Shown here in pieces: positions 33,500 through 36,164 of a DNA stretch of 36,164 bases. The position numbers and the translations under genes are program-made. Where the stretch lies: NCBI GenBank assembly GCA_002269645.1, contig NIVC01004750.1, positions 1-36,164 on the forward strand, read 5' to 3'. The notes beneath the pieces are model-generated. The model was not told the origin of the DNA, ran no database searches, and was given only the letters and a program-made list of their open reading frames with translations. The first letter of the stretch is position 1. The number at the start of each line of letters is the position of its first letter. This DNA comes from Macrostomum lignano (lineage: Eukaryota).

Positions 33500-33885
33500 C
33501 CTACCATTCTACCATCGTTCTATCCCTAATCTATTTCGTCTTCTATTCCGCCCTAATTTATATGCTCCTATATATCTACTAAAACATATTTTATTTTATC
33601 TTTAATTTTCACTACTGAATCTACTAAAAATATGATTTTCTACCCTTTATTTCTACTTCTGAATACATTGAAAAAATACTCTACTCCTCATTTCTACCCC
33701 TGAATCTACTAAAATAGACTATATTCTGCCCCTATATTCTACTCCCGAATCTACTATAAATCTAGTCTATTCTACCCTAAATTTCTACCCCTGAAATCTA
33801 ATAAAAGTATACTCTGCTCTACCCTTATATTCTACTTCCGAATCTACTGACAATGTACTCTATTCTACCCTTAAATTCTACCACA
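33500..33885. repeat. Degenerate AT-rich tandem repeat (TTCTACCCCTGAATCTACTAAAA-like) in RPAP2 intron 1
   Basis: Recurrent ATTCTACCC and GAATCTACTA motifs at roughly 60-bp spacing. Confidence 0.6.
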
Positions 33886-33922
33886 TTTAACTCAGCAACA
33901 AAACTGAGCACCCCGAACTCAC

Positions 33923-34150
33923 AACTCTCGAAAAGTACACCATGCCGACGCTGCCCTGGCCGGCCAGCTGTTCAACAATGCCAACAGCCCTAGAGGTGCA
34001 CATTCGCTGACGCCTGGCGGTGGCTTGAAACGCCCGACTGTTCGGGCCGCTGCCTGCTGCATTGGCAGCCGCGGCAGCCGCTGCGGCAACTTTCGGCGGT
34101 ATGACGTCATCTTTATCCGCTGCTAATTGTTGGCGCAACTTTGACGACAT
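33923..34150 (-). CDS. RPAP2: RPAP2 exon 1 (RNA polymerase II CTD phosphatase homolog)
   Basis: ATG at 34150; 76 codons including an Ala8 run and RAVGIVEQL (compare RPAP2 KALHIVEQL). Donor GTT|GTGAGT is phase 0 and matches exon 2. Confidence 0.8.
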
Positions 34151-34385
34151 TAAGAATAAAATAAAATAATATCTATATGATTTTTTAGTGCTCTGTATGA
34201 CAGCTTCTTCAAGCAGTAGACTCAACTTTGTCTTGTTGCTGCAAAGATTAATTAAGAAAAATGCTAATTGAGTTATTAATTTTCACTCAAGCGACGACAC
34301 CCATTGATAAAAAACTTCTGAGTCTTATAGAGCTAAAAAATCGGAATCAATTCAATAGAAAATCGAATTCCAAGCCGCGAATTTT

Positions 34386-34801
34386 CCCGTATAAAGAAGG
34401 GACGGTCGCAAATTTTTTTGGTGACAGTAAAAAATGTGACACTGCTTATCATACTTGTGACCGTGATGTGACCGTCAGTTAATGTGACCTCGCAATTCGA
34501 CTGTCTTATTTGACACGTCCTTCACGTGAACATCAATATGACCCGTCAATGTGACCGTCATTGTGATCGCCAATGTGACCGCCAATGTGATCCACAAATG
34601 TGACTGTCAGAAGATGAAAAGACCGTCTTTGTGAGCCTCGTGTGTTGGGTTAATTCAAGAAAAATATAAACGTCAAAAAAGCGAACATGCAACTTGGCAT
34701 GACTGGCCGTTTTACCTATTTGTTGGTCACATTCGAGGTTCACATTGACGGTCACAAAATGGTCACATAGTTAAAATGTGACCGCCTCAATTTTATAGGG
34801 G
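34386..34801. mobile_element. Candidate non-autonomous DNA transposon (MITE-like)
   Basis: Imperfect terminal inverted repeats (CCCGTATAAA..GGACGGTCGCAAATTTT versus CCCTATAAAA..GGCGGTCACATTTT) and many internal GTGACCG / CGGTCAC motifs. No clean TSD. Confidence 0.35.
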
Positions 34802-35292
34802 TTTAAATCCCAATTTTTATTTCGAATGAAATGAGGAATAGATAATAGAAAACTAATTATAGGCTTATTAGCAAGCACTTCTAAACTCAGTTAAAACAAT
34901 CTAAATAATAGTACATTGCCAATATAAACTTGGCCCGGCGAAGTCGGTTGTACTTTGTACTTTTCAATAATTAGAAAAAGCAATTTACCACTAATTAAAA
35001 GCTGAATGCATGCATTGTGTACTTTAAAAGTACAAGGCAATAAAAGTACATCACATCAAAATGTGGAGACAGGACGGAACGGAAAAGTACACAATATAGA
35101 TAAATCAGCGCCAGATTTAAATAAAGCCAGCAAAACACAGGCATAAGATGATGGAAGAAATTGAGATTAATTATACAACCACAAAAACTGTGCGTCCAAA
35201 AGACGAAACTTGATTTTTGCAAAAAGCAGAGTGGGTTGGCAACACTTCTAAGTACTAAATCTATTAAAATATAATAAATGGGGGCAGAAAAA

Positions 35293-36004
35293 CAAACTTC
35301 CAGTCCTTAATAGTGGCGGATACTCAAACTTCCGGTCATTAATAAGGGCGGATACTCAATCTTTCTGTTCTTAATAGGGCGGATACTCAAACTTCCGGTT
35401 CTTAATAGGGGCGGATACTCAAACTTTCTGTTCTTAATATGGGCGGATACTCAAACTTCCGGTCATTAATAGGGGCGGACACTCAACTTCCGGTTCTTAA
35501 TAGTGGCGGATACTCAAACTTCCGGTCATTAATAGTGGCGGACACTCAAACTTCCGGTCATTAATAGGGGCGGATACTCAAACTTCCGGTCATTAATAGG
35601 GGCGGATACTCAAACTTCCGGTCATTAATAGTGGCGGATACTCAAACTTCCGGCCCTTAATTGTGGCGGATACTCAAACTTCCGGTCCTTAATGGTGATG
35701 GATACTCAAACTTCCGGTCATTAATAGTGGCGGATACTCAAACTTCCGGTCATTAATAGTGGCGGATACTCAAACTTCCGGTCATTAATAGTGGCGGATA
35801 CTCAAACTTCCGGTCATTAATAGTGGCGGATACTCAAACTTCCGTCATTAATAGTGGCGGATACTCAAACTTCCGGTCATTAATAGTGGCGGATACTCAA
35901 ACTTCCGGTCATTAATAGTGGCGGATACTCAAACTTCCGGTCATTAATAGTGGCGGATACTCAAACTTCCGGCCCTTAATGGTGGCGGATACTCAAACTT
36001 CTGG
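35293..36004. repeat. 32-bp minisatellite (GGCGGATACTCAAACTTCCGGTCATTAATAGT)
   Basis: About 22 head-to-tail copies with no spacers. Confidence 0.97.
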
Positions 36005-36164
36005 TTTTGTTTGACTAAAGTTTCACACTGACTTCTGATCATTATAGAAAATAGTAGCCAAAATTCACATTCAACTTCTATACAGTCTACTACAAGTAGT
36101 CAGTTACAAAGTACTCTACAGAAGGCTTGCATCAGCAGCTGATACGGCTTGATTTTCACAGTTT

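Noticed and set aside
35293-36004. CRISPR array (32-bp repeats)
   Set aside because: The units are head-to-tail with no unique spacers, there are no cas genes, and the context is eukaryotic.

Overview
Eukaryotic (spliceosomal introns, very repeat-rich, probably invertebrate) genomic window. Left: 3' part of a VIT+VWA gene (VWA5A-like, + strand, 1-3697). 4365-13057: a complete, young Ty3/Gypsy LTR retrotransposon on the minus strand (about 833-bp near-identical LTRs, PBS, PPT, gag with two CCHC knuckles, G-GGA-AAC slippery site, PR-RT-RNaseH-IN). Between integrase and the PPT, where env would sit, it carries an extra 328-aa ORF with an intact J-domain (HPD), an acidic linker, an HP1-like chromodomain and an unassigned C-terminal region; this is the most interesting feature. 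The LTR also holds an array of four sequence- and structure-matched stem-loops, and the 5' LTR is followed by a second PPT plus a truncated internal segment (tandem copy sharing an LTR). 14-29.7 kb is mostly a succession of different minisatellites. Right: a six-exon RPAP2/Rtr1 gene on the minus strand (34150-29759) with satellite-filled introns, then a candidate MITE and a 32-bp array. The frameshifts inspected in all three coding loci are repaired by adding one base, which points to assembly indel errors. All homology calls are from motif recognition, not database searches.
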